Of a DNA stretch of 64,000 nucleotides, positions 1 to 10,540 are shown in pieces. Positions within the stretch are counted from its first letter, which is position 1. Each line of letters starts with the position of its first letter. The stretch is taken from positions 1,312,001 through 1,376,000 of the forward strand of contig CAVTTN010000002.1 of the NCBI GenBank assembly GCA_963737655.1. Direction: 5' to 3'. A program made the translations under genes and the position numbers. The notes beneath the pieces were generated by a model. That model worked only from the letters and a program-made list of their open reading frames with translations, was not told the origin of the DNA and ran no database searches. This DNA is from an uncultured Planctomycetota bacterium (GTDB lineage: Bacteria; Planctomycetota; Planctomycetia; Isosphaerales; Isosphaeraceae).

Positions 1-2
1 TC

Positions 3-950
3 CCGGCGATCGTGGCGATCCACCCGGCTCGCGTCCTGATCCTCGCCCACGAGCCCTCGGGCGACGAGGGGCCGGTCACGGCCACCGTCCACACCCGGAT
101 GCACAAGCTGAGCAAGGGCCTCCGCGCCTTCTCCGAGCAGGTCACGCTGAGGGCCAACGGCCGAGGCGGCGACCACCTGCCGTACGCCGTCCGCTCGCTC
201 CTGATCGGCGACCTGCCGACGAACCTCTGGTGGGCGGCCCCGCAACCCCCGGCGATGGCCGGGGCCTTGCTGTACGACCTGGCGGACCAGGCCGACCAGG
301 TCCTCTACGACAGCTACGGATGGCCCGAGCCGGCCCGGGGGATGACCGCCACGGCCTCCTGGCTCGAACGCTTCGAACGAGGCCCGGGGCAGGGCCCCTA
401 CCGTGTCGCCAGCGACCTGACCTGGCGACGGCTGAGGAACTGGAGGAGGCTCCTCGGCCAGGCGCTCGACCCGGCCATCGCCCCCGGGGCCCTGGAGTCG
501 GTCCAGGAGGTCGAGATCGACCACGGCCCCCACTCGGTCACGTCCGCCTGGGGCCTGGCCAGTTGGCTGGCCCTGGGGCTGGGCTGGCGAGTGATCGGCT
601 CGCAATTCCATCAAGGCGTCCAGATCGACTGGCGTTTCGACTCCAAGAATGGGCCCAGGCACATGAAGGTCCGCCGCCTGGCCGACGCGCCGAGAGGCGT
701 CCGCGAGGTGAGGATCTGCTGCAACCTCGAAGGCTTCCCGGGCGCCCTCGTGGCGCGTCCCGAGGACGACGACCGCCGCCTGAGCGTGATCCCCGAAGGC
801 GGGGACGCCGCCCCCCGGACCATCACCGTCCAGCCCCAGCCCGTCGCCGAGCTCGTCGGCCGCCAGCTCTCCGACCGAGAGCGCGACCCGGTCTTCCGCC
901 AGGCCATGGGAATGGCCCAGGCCCTGGCCCAGAGCGTCCTCGGGGCGTGA
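3..950 (+). CDS. opcA: Glucose-6-phosphate dehydrogenase assembly protein OpcA (5'-partial; frame is open to the window edge)
   Basis: Motifs HPARVLIL, SEQVTL, LLIGDLPTNLWW, VLYDS and SDLTWRRLRNWRRLLGQALD match the OpcA family pattern. Confidence 0.85.
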   Translation, partial: PAIVAIHPARVLILAHEPSGDEGPVTATVHTRMHKLSKGLRAFSEQVTLRANGRGGDHLPYAVRSLLIGDLPTNLWWAAPQPPAMAGALLYDLADQADQVLYDSYGWPEPARGMTATASWLERFERGPGQGPYRVASDLTWRRLRNWRRLLGQALDPAIAPGALESVQEVEIDHGPHSVTSAWGLASWLALGLGWRVIGSQFHQGVQIDWRFDSKNGPRHMKVRRLADAPRGVREVRICCNLEGFPGALVARPEDDDRRLSVIPEGGDAAPRTITVQPQPVAELVGRQLSDRERDPVFRQAMGMAQALAQSVLGA

Positions 951-1050
951 GGACCGACCCCGCCCCGGCCTCGCCTCGTTGACGCCCCTCCATCGCTTGT
1001 TTAACATCACCCCGGGATGCGGCGACGATCCTTCGGCGGAGGCGGGCCTC

Positions 1051-2442
1051 ATGAACCGCGATCGAACCGGCGGCGGCCCCTCGCGACGCGATGTGATCCG
1101 CTCGGGCGTGGGCCTGGGCGCCCTGGGGATGATCCCTTCCTTGCGAGGGCAGGGGGGTTCGGCCCCTCCTCCGATCCGCTCTTGCATCCTCATTTTCTAT
1201 TATGGCGGCCCGAGCCATCTCGATACGTTCGACATGAAGCCCTCGGCCCCCGAGGCGATCCGGGGGGAGTTCCGGGCGATCCCCACGAGCGTCCCGGGGA
1301 TGTCGATCTGCGAGCACCTGCCCGGGATGAGCCGGGTCATGCACAAGGTGGCGTTGATCCGCAGCATGACGCATCGGTTCAGCCTCCATGACCCCGCCTC
1401 CATCCAGGTCCTGACCGGCCGCGAGCCTCCGCAGGGGGACCGCGAGCTGTTCGCGACGGCCCCCCAGGTCTTTCCCAGCTTCGGCGGGGCGTTGGGGTAT
1501 CTCCGTCGCGAGGGCGGGGCCGAAGTGCCCCATGCGGCCCTGCCTTATGTTTTCCATAATGTCGTGCCCACGCCCTGCCAGGGCGGGGGGTTCCTCGGCG
1601 CGTCGTGGGACCCGTTCCAGGTGATCGTCGATCCGGAAACGCGGTCGTATCGGGCCGACATCCTCGACCCTCCCGCCGGCCTCTCGCCCACGAGGCAGAA
1701 GGGGCGTCGGGCACTCCTGGGCGCGATCGACGACTCGCCCTCGTCGCCGAAGATGCAGGCGCTGTACGAGAAGGCGTTCCGCCTCCTGGATGCCCGGGCG
1801 CTCCGCCGGGCCCTGGAGATCGAGCGGGAAGACCCGAGGACTCGCGACCGCTACGGCTACGGGCCTCCTCCGGCGAGCGTGGGCTCGGGCGGGGGCGGCG
1901 GCAATGGCGCCGAGCTCGGGTTCGCCCGGCAGATGAGGGGCCAGAATCTGCTGTTGGCCCGCCGGCTGGTCGAGGCGGGCGTCCCGTTCGTGAACGTTTA
2001 TGACTTCCGCCAGCAGGGGCAGAACTGGGACGCCCACTTCCGCAACTTCGATCAGCACCGCGAGCACCTCCTGCCCCTGGCCGACCGCTCGCTGTCGGCC
2101 CTGATCGAGGACCTCGACGCCCGGGGGCTCCTGGAGAGCACCCTGGTCGTCGCCCTCGGCGAGTTCGGACGGACGCCTCGGATCAACGCCGAAGGGGGCC
2201 GCGACCACTGGCCCCATTGCTACACGGTGTTGATGGCCGGAGGAGGCGTCCGGGGCGGGGCGGTCTTCGGCGCGAGCGACAAGATCGGCGCGTATCCGGC
2301 CAGCGACCCCGTGACGCCCGGCGACCTCGCGGCGACGATCTACTGGCGGTTCGGGATCGACCCGAAGGCCGAGGTCCGCGACCCGACCGGCCGGCCGTTC
2401 CCCCTGGCCCTGGGCGAGCCCGTCCGCAGCCTGTTCGGATGA
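1051..2442 (+). CDS. DUF1501 family protein with Tat-like leader
   Basis: SRRDVIRSG leader; GGPSHLDTFDMKP, LLARRLVEAGVPFV, WDAH, GEFGRTPRIN and GRDHWP are typical of DUF1501. Confidence 0.92.
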   Translation: MNRDRTGGGPSRRDVIRSGVGLGALGMIPSLRGQGGSAPPPIRSCILIFYYGGPSHLDTFDMKPSAPEAIRGEFRAIPTSVPGMSICEHLPGMSRVMHKVALIRSMTHRFSLHDPASIQVLTGREPPQGDRELFATAPQVFPSFGGALGYLRREGGAEVPHAALPYVFHNVVPTPCQGGGFLGASWDPFQVIVDPETRSYRADILDPPAGLSPTRQKGRRALLGAIDDSPSSPKMQALYEKAFRLLDARALRRALEIEREDPRTRDRYGYGPPPASVGSGGGGGNGAELGFARQMRGQNLLLARRLVEAGVPFVNVYDFRQQGQNWDAHFRNFDQHREHLLPLADRSLSALIEDLDARGLLESTLVVALGEFGRTPRINAEGGRDHWPHCYTVLMAGGGVRGGAVFGASDKIGAYPASDPVTPGDLAATIYWRFGIDPKAEVRDPTGRPFPLALGEPVRSLFG

Positions 2443-2564
2443 GGCGGCCCCTGGACTTTGGCGGATCATGCGCCTACAGAATTGAGATATGCCTTGCCCC
2501 GGCCCTCGAAACGAGGGATGCTAGGCGAATCCGGCCCGCCCTCGCGTCCTTGAGGAACCGCGTC

Positions 2565-3299
2565 ATGCTCTCCCGAACGATCACGGCGGCCGTCGGGCTG
2601 GCCGTCGTCCTGGCGTCCTGCGGATCGGCCCCGGCCCAGGACTCGAAGGACAAGGCCGCGCCCTCGCCGGCCGCCCCTTCCGAGCCGAAGAAGTCCGAGG
2701 CCCCGAAGGCCAAGGCCAAGGCCAAGGGGAAGGCCGCCCCGGAGAAGGCCGACCCCAACGCCAAGACCGAGACCGCCACCTTCGGCGGGGGCTGCTTCTG
2801 GTGCCTGGAGGCCGTCTTCGAGCGCGTCCCGGGCGTCAAGAACGTCGTCTCGGGCTTCTCCGGAGGGTTCACGAAGAAGCCGAGCTACGAGGCCGTGAGC
2901 ACCGGGGAGACCGGCCACGCCGAGGTCGTCCAGATCACGTTCGACCCGGAGAAGGTCTCCTACGAGAGGCTCGCCGAGATCTTCTTCGCCTGCCACGACC
3001 CCACGACCCTGAACCGCCAGGGGCCCGACTTCGGCACCCAGTACCGATCGATCATCCTCTACCACACCGAGGACCAGAAGGCCACCGCGCTGAAGGTCTA
3101 CAAGACGCTGACCGACGGGGGGGCCTTCGCCGCGCCGATCGTCACCGAGCTCGTCCCCTACAAGATCTTCTACCCGGCCGACCGCCACCACCAGGACTTC
3201 TACCGGAAGAATCGCGCCGACACGTATTGCCAGATGATCATCACGCCGAAGCTCCAGAAGCTGATGATGCACGGCGACATCCCGGCCTCGGATAAGTGA
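2565..3299 (+). CDS. msrA: Peptide-methionine (S)-S-oxide reductase MsrA with predicted lipoprotein signal and Lys/Ala/Pro-rich linker
   Basis: FGGGCFWCLE active site, TGHAEVVQ, HDPTTLNRQGPDFGTQYRS and HQDFY; N-terminus ends in a lipobox-like VLASC. Confidence 0.95.
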   Translation: MLSRTITAAVGLAVVLASCGSAPAQDSKDKAAPSPAAPSEPKKSEAPKAKAKAKGKAAPEKADPNAKTETATFGGGCFWCLEAVFERVPGVKNVVSGFSGGFTKKPSYEAVSTGETGHAEVVQITFDPEKVSYERLAEIFFACHDPTTLNRQGPDFGTQYRSIILYHTEDQKATALKVYKTLTDGGAFAAPIVTELVPYKIFYPADRHHQDFYRKNRADTYCQMIITPKLQKLMMHGDIPASDK

Positions 3300-3462
3300 C
3301 ACAATCCGGGCGGAAAAAGCCGCGCACTCCGCCCGGATTGTCGCTATGACCTGGAGACACCGGGTATACTTGGCGCCCTCCCCCCCGGCGAAGCCCGCCG
3401 TTCGCCGGCCTCGGGCCGTCGGGGGAACGGGGTTCGCCCGGCCCGTCGGCGGGGGTTTCGTC

Positions 3463-4230
3463 GTGAAGGTCCAGCTCCTCCCATCCACGGTCTCTCCCGA
3501 CGGCGAGGCGAGCCAGTACCTCACGTCGTTCCTGATCGGCGAGTCCGTGGCGATCGACGCCGGCAGCCTCGGCATCTACGGGATGCCCGACCAGCAGGCC
3601 AGGGTGCGCGACGTCTTCCTGACCCATACCCACATCGACCACGTCGCCACCCTGCCGATCTTCCTGGAAAACGTCTTCGAGGTCGGCGGCGATTGCGTGA
3701 CCGTCCACGCCACCGAGCCCGTCCTGGACTGCCTCCGCCGCGACATCTTCAACGATCGCGTCTGGCCCGACTTCTTCCGGATCGGATCGGCCGGCAACCC
3801 GTTCCTCCGGGTTGAAATCCTCCGGCCCGGCCGGGCCGTCCAGGTCGATGGGCTGAAGATCACCCCGGTCGAGGTCGATCATCTCGTCCCCACCGTCGGC
3901 CTGATCGTCGAAGGGCCGGGCTCGGCCGTCGTGATCGCCGGAGACACCGGGCCGACCCAGGAGATCTGGGACCGCGCCAACGCGATCCCGTCGCTCAAGG
4001 CCGCGTTCCTCGAATCGGCCTTCCCCGACGAGATGGCCTGGCTGGCCGACGCCTCCAAGCACCTGACCCCCGAGCGGTTCGCCGGGGAGGTCCGCAAGCT
4101 CCGGCCCGGCGTCAGCGTCTTCGCCATCCACATCAAGCCGAAATATGTGGAATCGATCGGCCGGGAGCTGGCCCGGCTCGGCCTCTCCGACGTCCAGATC
4201 TGCCGGCCCGGCCGGACGTACTCATTCTGA
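3463..4230 (+). CDS. Metallo-beta-lactamase-fold 3',5'-cyclic-nucleotide phosphodiesterase (class II-like)
   Basis: IDAGS, LTHTHIDH metal motif, IFNDRVWPDF, HLVPTVG, GDTGPT, ASKHLTP and HIKP. GTG start inferred. Confidence 0.82.
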   Translation: MKVQLLPSTVSPDGEASQYLTSFLIGESVAIDAGSLGIYGMPDQQARVRDVFLTHTHIDHVATLPIFLENVFEVGGDCVTVHATEPVLDCLRRDIFNDRVWPDFFRIGSAGNPFLRVEILRPGRAVQVDGLKITPVEVDHLVPTVGLIVEGPGSAVVIAGDTGPTQEIWDRANAIPSLKAAFLESAFPDEMAWLADASKHLTPERFAGEVRKLRPGVSVFAIHIKPKYVESIGRELARLGLSDVQICRPGRTYSF

Positions 4231-4305
4231 CGAGATGTCCCGATCGCCGGACGACGACCGTCGGCGACCGTCCGCAACGAATCGAGAGAAGGGGAGGGGT
4301 GAGCG

Positions 4306-5835
4306 ATGCCCGAGCGATCGTCCGCCGGTCGGATCGTCCCGATCGCGTCGTTAGCGGCGGCATTGTCGGCCATCGGCCTCGTCGCCATCGGCCGGGGGGA
4401 GCCGCCGAGGCCGCCCCAGGACCCGCCCGCGCCGAAGGCCGGCGCCCCCGCCCCGAAGCCGAACAAGGATTGGTACGCCGTCAAGCAGTGCGGGGCCTGC
4501 CACCGGCCGGGCAAGGGGGAGGAGGTCACCAGCTTCGTCCGTCTCGACGAGATCAACATCTGGCGAGACCTGGACAAGCACAGCAAGGCGTTCACCAACC
4601 TCGACCCGAAGACCAACGAGAAATCCCGGAGGATGGCCGACCTCCTCGGCTGGGACCTCCAGAAAGACGGCCGCTGCCTGAGCTGCCACGCCCCCGCCTT
4701 CGACGCCCCCAAGGCGAAGGAGAAACCCGAGCTGGTGACCGAGGGCGTGAGCTGCTCCGGCTGCCACGGGCCGGATGATCGCTGGATTCGCGAGCACGGG
4801 TTCGGCCAGGAGGACTGGATCAAGAGGACGGCCGCCGACAAGTTCCGGAACTGGGGGATGAACGACCTCCGCGACCCGGCGGTGAGGTCCGCCATGTGCG
4901 CCTCGTGCCACGTCGGCGACGCCTCGCAGGGCCGGGTGGTCACCCACGAGATCTACGCCGCCGGCCACCCGCCCCTGCCCGGCCTGGAGGTCTCGTTCTT
5001 CAGCGAGGCCGAGCCGCCCCACTGGTGGCCCATGAAGGACGTCCCGTACCTCAAGAACAAGCCCGAGGCGCTGAAGAATCAGTACGGGATCGATCAGGCC
5101 GCCACCCAGCACGCGAAGCTCGTGGCCGTGGGCGGGGTGGTGGACCTCCGCGAGTCGATGACGCTGTTCGCCGACACCGCCAAGCCGGGCGCCATGCCCG
5201 ATTTCGCCCGGTTCGATTGCGCCTCATGCCATCACGAGCTCAAGGAGTCGCGCGACTCGTGGAGGCAGGCGTTCGGGTTCCCGGCCGAGCCCGGGCGGCC
5301 TCCGTCGGCGCACTGGCCGGCGGCCCTGGCGAGGATCGGCATCGCCGCCGGAGACCCGGCGCAGGCCGCCTCCCGGACCAGGGACCTGGACGACGCCCTG
5401 GCCGCCTTCCGCCAGGCCGTCGGCGACCGCCCGTTCGGCGACGACTCGAAATCGGTCGCCGCCGCCCGGAAGCTCGCCTCCTGGGCCGACGGGCTGGCCA
5501 AGGCCCTGGACTCGCAGAAGTTCGACCGCGCCTCGGCCCTGAGGATGCTCCGCAAGATCGCCGAGACCGAGCCCCGCGATTATGCCTCGGCCCGCCAGCT
5601 CGTCTGGGGCTTCCGCTCGATCCTGAAGGAGATGGACGACAAATCCCCGGACGCCCAGGAGGTCGCCCACCTGATCGACGGCCTGATGCTCCAGCTCGGG
5701 ATCAACCTGATCCCCCGGGCCGACGGAGGCATCGAACGGGCCCTCGGAGCCCGCCTCGAAGCCGACGACAGGTACGACCCAGCCAGCTATCACCAGACGA
5801 TGGACGACATCGCGAAGCGCTTGAACAACCTGTAG
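4306..5835 (+). CDS. Exported multiheme c-type cytochrome (5 CxxCH; c554/c552-like N-terminal region plus helical C-terminus)
   Basis: N-terminal hydrophobic segment; CGACH, CLSCH, EGVSCSGCHG, CASCH and CASCH; YAAGHPPL. Confidence 0.88.
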   Translation: MPERSSAGRIVPIASLAAALSAIGLVAIGRGEPPRPPQDPPAPKAGAPAPKPNKDWYAVKQCGACHRPGKGEEVTSFVRLDEINIWRDLDKHSKAFTNLDPKTNEKSRRMADLLGWDLQKDGRCLSCHAPAFDAPKAKEKPELVTEGVSCSGCHGPDDRWIREHGFGQEDWIKRTAADKFRNWGMNDLRDPAVRSAMCASCHVGDASQGRVVTHEIYAAGHPPLPGLEVSFFSEAEPPHWWPMKDVPYLKNKPEALKNQYGIDQAATQHAKLVAVGGVVDLRESMTLFADTAKPGAMPDFARFDCASCHHELKESRDSWRQAFGFPAEPGRPPSAHWPAALARIGIAAGDPAQAASRTRDLDDALAAFRQAVGDRPFGDDSKSVAAARKLASWADGLAKALDSQKFDRASALRMLRKIAETEPRDYASARQLVWGFRSILKEMDDKSPDAQEVAHLIDGLMLQLGINLIPRADGGIERALGARLEADDRYDPASYHQTMDDIAKRLNNL

Positions 5836-5954
5836 GGTGCATGAAATGCACCAACCCGCGGCGGGCCACGCCCGCCCTCCGCATCCCTCCTCCCTTCGGT
5901 GGGGGACGTCATGCGGAGGGCGGGCGTGGGCTTGGTGCATTTCATGCACCCTAC
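5832..5954. repeat. GTAG-family REP doublet (inverted pair with long internal stem)
   Basis: GTAGGGTGCATGAAATGCACC at 5832 and its reverse complement ending CTAC at 5954, between convergent genes. Confidence 0.85.
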
Positions 5955-5976
5955 ATCAAGGAGAATGCACCCATCA

Positions 5977-8900
5977 TCAATGTGCCGGCCTCGGTGCCGG
6001 ATAGTCCCTCGGGTCGTCGGAGACCTTCCAGACCTGCCCGGCCCTCATGTACAGCCTCTTCATCTCCTCGGCGTTCAGGGGCCTGGCGCCGACCCGGCCG
6101 AACACGCCGATCTGATTGCCGGACTCGTCCACCGCCCGATCGCGATCGACGCCCTTGGAGATCGCCAGGGCGTGGCCGTGGTGGGGGATCTCGTACGTGG
6201 CGATCAGTTGAGGAGTGGGCCTCGGGCTGAACCCCATGTTGCCGGGCGTCTCGGGCGAGGTGAGCTGGACGACCCTCATCCCGTTCTTGCCGTCGGCGAG
6301 GTAGGCGAACTCGCTCGAATACGTGATGCCCAGCTTCACGTCGTGGAGGTCGTTGATGCACCCCCCGGCGTTGAACACCTGGTCCACCCTCGGCTGCAAC
6401 GGGTTCTCGATGTCCAGGATCACCAGGCCCTGCTTGCCCGCCGCCACGTAGGCATAGGTCCGGGCGAGATAGATGTTGTGGGCGTCGTCCATCGGCAGCG
6501 ACGCCACCGGGGTCGGCCGTGCCAGGTCGGTCACGTCGAAGACCTTGATCCCCTCCTCGTCGCAGGCGAACCCGTAGCGGAACTGGACCTGGAACGCGGT
6601 CGGGTGCTTCAGGACCTCCTCGCCGACGATCGACGTGACCCTCGGCTTCTTCGGGTCCTCGATCGAGACGACCACGAGCCCGGCGTTGCAACTGATGTAG
6701 GCATACGTCCCGGCGATCGAGATCGCCCTCGCCCCGCAGAGGATGCCCCCGGGGTTGAACGTGGTCTCCCTCTCGATGAAGTTGTTCAGGGGGTTGCCGT
6801 CGAGCAGCGTCCCCGCCGGGACGGTGATCAGCCCTTCCTCGCGGTCGGTCACGTACAGATATCCATACATGCCGGCCACGGAATCCTCGTGGTTCTCGGG
6901 CTTGTGGGTGCGCGTCGGGTCGGGGGCGGCGGTGGCGGGCGAGGCCACGGCGGTGGCGTACTTCGTCCTCACGTAGAACTTCTGGCCCATCGGCGAGAAC
7001 GGCGCGGTCACGATCCGCTCGGAGAAGCCCTTGTGGTCGATGAACGCCACGTCGAACACGCGGAGGCCGTTCTCCCCGCACGCGGCGTAGAGGTACTCGC
7101 CCCTCAGCTGCAAATTGAGGATCTCCGGCCTCTTGAACCGGGCCTTGAGGTTCTCCGCGATGTCGATGCCCGGGTGCTCGTGTGCGTGCTCCAGGAGCCC
7201 GCCCTTCCGGACGTGTTCGCGGAAGTTGTCCGGGAACGCGATCTTCTGCAACGAGCTGCCGAGGACCGCCTGGGGCTCCTCGCGCTCGGTGACGACCACG
7301 CCGAGGAAGCCCTCCTCGCCGGCCGCGACCCAGCAATACTTGCCGATGAAGTTCGTGTAGTTCGTGCCTTGCATGAGCAGCTTGCGCCATGATGGCGTTG
7401 TTGTCCTCACGCGCCGAGACGTGGCAATCCGAGCACTGCTTCGTCTCGTTCCGGCCCGGGAGGTAGTTCTCGGGGTGGAGGGCCCGGCCCTTGTCGGGGC
7501 CGTTCTTGATCAGGGTCGGCCCCCCTCGGACGGTGTGGGGGACGTTCGTGCTGAAGGCGATCCCGCTCATCCCCTCGGCCGAGATCGTCTGCTGCTGGAC
7601 GTAGATCGACTCGCGATTGGCGTTGTAGCTGCCGACGTGGATGGCGCAGCTGGACCTCGCCGGGTTGATCCGGTTGCCGGTGGCGTTGCCGTCCCGCCCG
7701 AGCATGAACACGTCGTCGCGCAAGGTCTGGAAGTTATACGCCGTGTAATTGCGCGAGACGTCGCCTTCATTGTGGAGCGCCGGCATCTTCCGGTTGGCCC
7801 TCTGGGGGAGGTGGCAGCCGAAGCAGCTCGGGTTCCACGACGAGTGGCAGGCGATGCACGACATCTTCGTGTCGGAGTGGGCCATGTCCTTCTCGCAGCC
7901 CGAGGGGACGTCGCCCCACTCGAACCCGCCGCCGGCCGCGACCCGGACGGTCTTGGCCAGCCGGGATTTCTCGTTGTAGTGGCCGCTGGCCGGATCGACC
8001 GTGTCGGCCGTCTGGACGACCTCCCAGGCCAGGTCCGGCTCGACCATCGAATTCTGATACAAGCGGCCGTCCCGGACCTCGAACCGCCTCCGGCCCGAGG
8101 GCGTCCGCAGGGCCCGGAGGTTCCGGCCGTTGGGGCCGCTGGTGTACGAGGCCGGGCCGCTGGTCATCAGCGTGGTCTTCCGGTCCGCCGTCCCGTGGCA
8201 GTCGATGCACTGGATCTCGATGGCCGCGCGGACCTCGCCCTGCAGACGATTGTTGCCGTGCATGTCCTGGACGTAGTGGCAATCGACGCAATGCATGCCC
8301 TTTTCCATGTGGATGTCCATCAGGTGGACGGGCACGCCGTCGCGGTTCGGCGGCGGGGTCTTCGCCGCTCCGGGGCGCTCGCGGTACTGCTCGCGGACGG
8401 CCTCGGGCATCTTGATCGACGCCATCAACTGCTCGGTCGAGGCCGGCTCGACCGACCGGCCCTCGCTGTCGAGCATCTGGCCGTGGCGGTCCTTCTTGAA
8501 GACGGCGCGGAAGACCCAGCCGTGGCCGTGGAAGTCGGCGAACTGGGTGTGGCGGGCCTGCGGGTTCAGGTCGGCCACGCGCTCCAGGAACCTCGGGTTG
8601 GACCACAGCCCCCGGGCCGCCGCCTCGTCGGGGTTGGACATCTGCGACTGCACGAACTCCTCGGCCGTCGGGTGCTTCTGCTCCTTCGGATACATCAACT
8701 CGCCGTCGGTCTCCTCGTCCCACCACGTATAGCCCACATACGAATTCATGACCGTCGTGCCGGGGTGAATATGACACACCATGCACTGACTCGTGGGGAT
8801 CGAGCTGGTGAATTTATGCTCGATCGGGTGGCCCTTCTCGTTCTTCGGGATCGTGGGGTCGGGGTTCCTCGTCAGGCCGAGGTGACCGGCGGAGGCATAC

Positions 8901-9943
8901 GGCCCGGAGTGCACGGGCGAGCGGTCATTCGCGTAGACGACGTGGCAGGCGGTGCAGCCGCTGGAGCGATAGTCGCCGGGGTGGTCGTTCGTGCCGAGGA
9001 AGTTGAGCGTGGGGTCGAGCAATCGCGTCTTGGTCAGGCTGACGAACACCGGGTCGGTGCGGTTCTTGGTGCCGAACCCTCGCTCGGAGAGGCCGCCCTT
9101 GGGCTTGCCGGGGTCGGCGAACGGGTTGGGCAGGCCGACCTCGCCGATCATCCCCCGGCCCCTCTCGAACGTCCTCAGGGTGTTGCCCGGCTGGCTCGCC
9201 TCGAAGTGGGGCAGGGGGTCGAGGAAGTCCAGGACGCCCTTCTTCTCGCGTTCCCAGTCGCTCGGCGGGGGGACCGTCTGGATCCGCTGGGGGGTGCCGT
9301 TCATGCTGTAGCTCTCGCCGAAGTGGCTGGCCTTCAGCGGGTACGACCCGTTGTTGTACAGGGCCGCGCCCCAGAGCATGGCCCCGTGGGTCATCATGCT
9401 CTTGCGATTTTGCATGACTTCATTCGGATGGCAATTCGTGGTCCCGCAACTGATGTGGGCGATTCGGAAGTCCCCCGGGTTGATGAACCGGACGAACTCG
9501 GGGGACTCGTGGTTCATCAGCGTATAGGTGCGCACCGGGTTGGCGGAGCCGGCCCAGGAGGCGGGATACCTCGCGGCGACGTGGGCGAGGCCCTTGTCGG
9601 CGGCGGAGGCGTCGCCGCCGTGGCAGTCCGTGCAGCCGAGGCGGACGGTGTCCTTGGCGTGGGGGTCGTGCGATCCGGCGTGGCAGTTGACGCACCCCTG
9701 GCTCTTGGCGGCGACCATCTCGGGCGCCTGGCCGGAGAGGTCGATCCCGCGGAGCTCGGCCGGCATGGGGAACGCCTCGACCGGCCGGGCGACGACCGGA
9801 GTGGGCCCGGGGCCGGGGACCTGGGCGCGGAGCCTCGTCGGCCGGGTGCCGATCGAGACGGCCGCGATCGCCCCGAGGATCAGGGCGAGGGCCGCCAGGG
9901 CGGACGCGGCGCGGAGGCGTCGGGGGGGGAGGGGCGTCGCCAT
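5977..9943 (-). CDS. Large exported multiheme cytochrome c (9 CxxCH plus 1 CX4CH) fused to C-terminal LVIVD-repeat beta-propeller; +1 frameshift at ~7382
   Basis: CVNCH, CTDCH, CGTTNCH, CTACH, CMVCH, CVDCH, CIDCH, CIACH, CFGCH and CSDCH lie in ORF 5951..10141. LVIVD-type repeats (YLYAACGENGLRVFDV, YAYVAAGKQGLVILDIENP) lie in ORF 5977..7410. Removing one base joins ...IMAQ/LLMQGTNY... Confidence 0.85.
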
Positions 9944-10274
9944 GGGCCGGAGACCTCCGAGTCGGGGCCGATTCGAGGCGCGCGGCAGGGGCGACGTCGC
10001 CCCTGCCGGGACGATTGCCGGGCAGGATAGCGGTCCGCCCCATCTCGTCAAGCCCAGCTCACCGGACGGCTCGCCCGAGGTGCGGGCGTCGCGATTGTTT
10101 CGCTCCCCACTTCCGGCCCGCGACGGCGTTTCGGCCTTCAATCGCCATCTCCGGTCGAGTTTCCCCGTCGGCTCGCCCCGGTCCCGGTCGTCGGGGCGCC
10201 GAAAAGACGCCTGAGGGCCGCCCCCCGGCTCGATCGGTCGGCCGGCCGCGGGGCCCGGGCCTTCGACCCCGGGT

Positions 10275-10330
10275 CTTATAATAAGCCATGATGCAGGAAT
10301 GCATCACACGGAAGCTTTACCGGAAGCCTT
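10275..10330 (+). promoter_or_regulatory. Putative promoter/operator region between the divergent cytochrome gene and cohesin cassette
   Basis: TATAAT at 10277-10282, palindrome TGATGCA-ggaa-TGCATCA at 10289-10306 and direct repeat CGGAAGC(T/C)TT x2. No clear -35. Confidence 0.4.
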
Positions 10331-10540
10331 TCGGTCCTTCACGAAAGATTCGCGCAGACGGCTTACAGTGCGACCTCTTCGCTCTTGATCCGTCCGGGGC
10401 CGATGGGCCCCCATCTTCGAACGGCACGTTGTGTCGCCGCCCAGCGAGGAGAGCGGCCCCGATCGACGACCGCGCCCGACCCGGGCCGGCCCGTCGCAGG
10501 GGGCCGCGCCCCCCGAATCGTCACCAGGGAGAGAGACGCC

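Noticed and set aside
7370..7395. Programmed ribosomal frameshift joining the cytochrome and LVIVD ORFs
   Set aside because: No slippery heptamer is present, and similar single-base breaks occur in several unrelated genes, so sequence error is more parsimonious.
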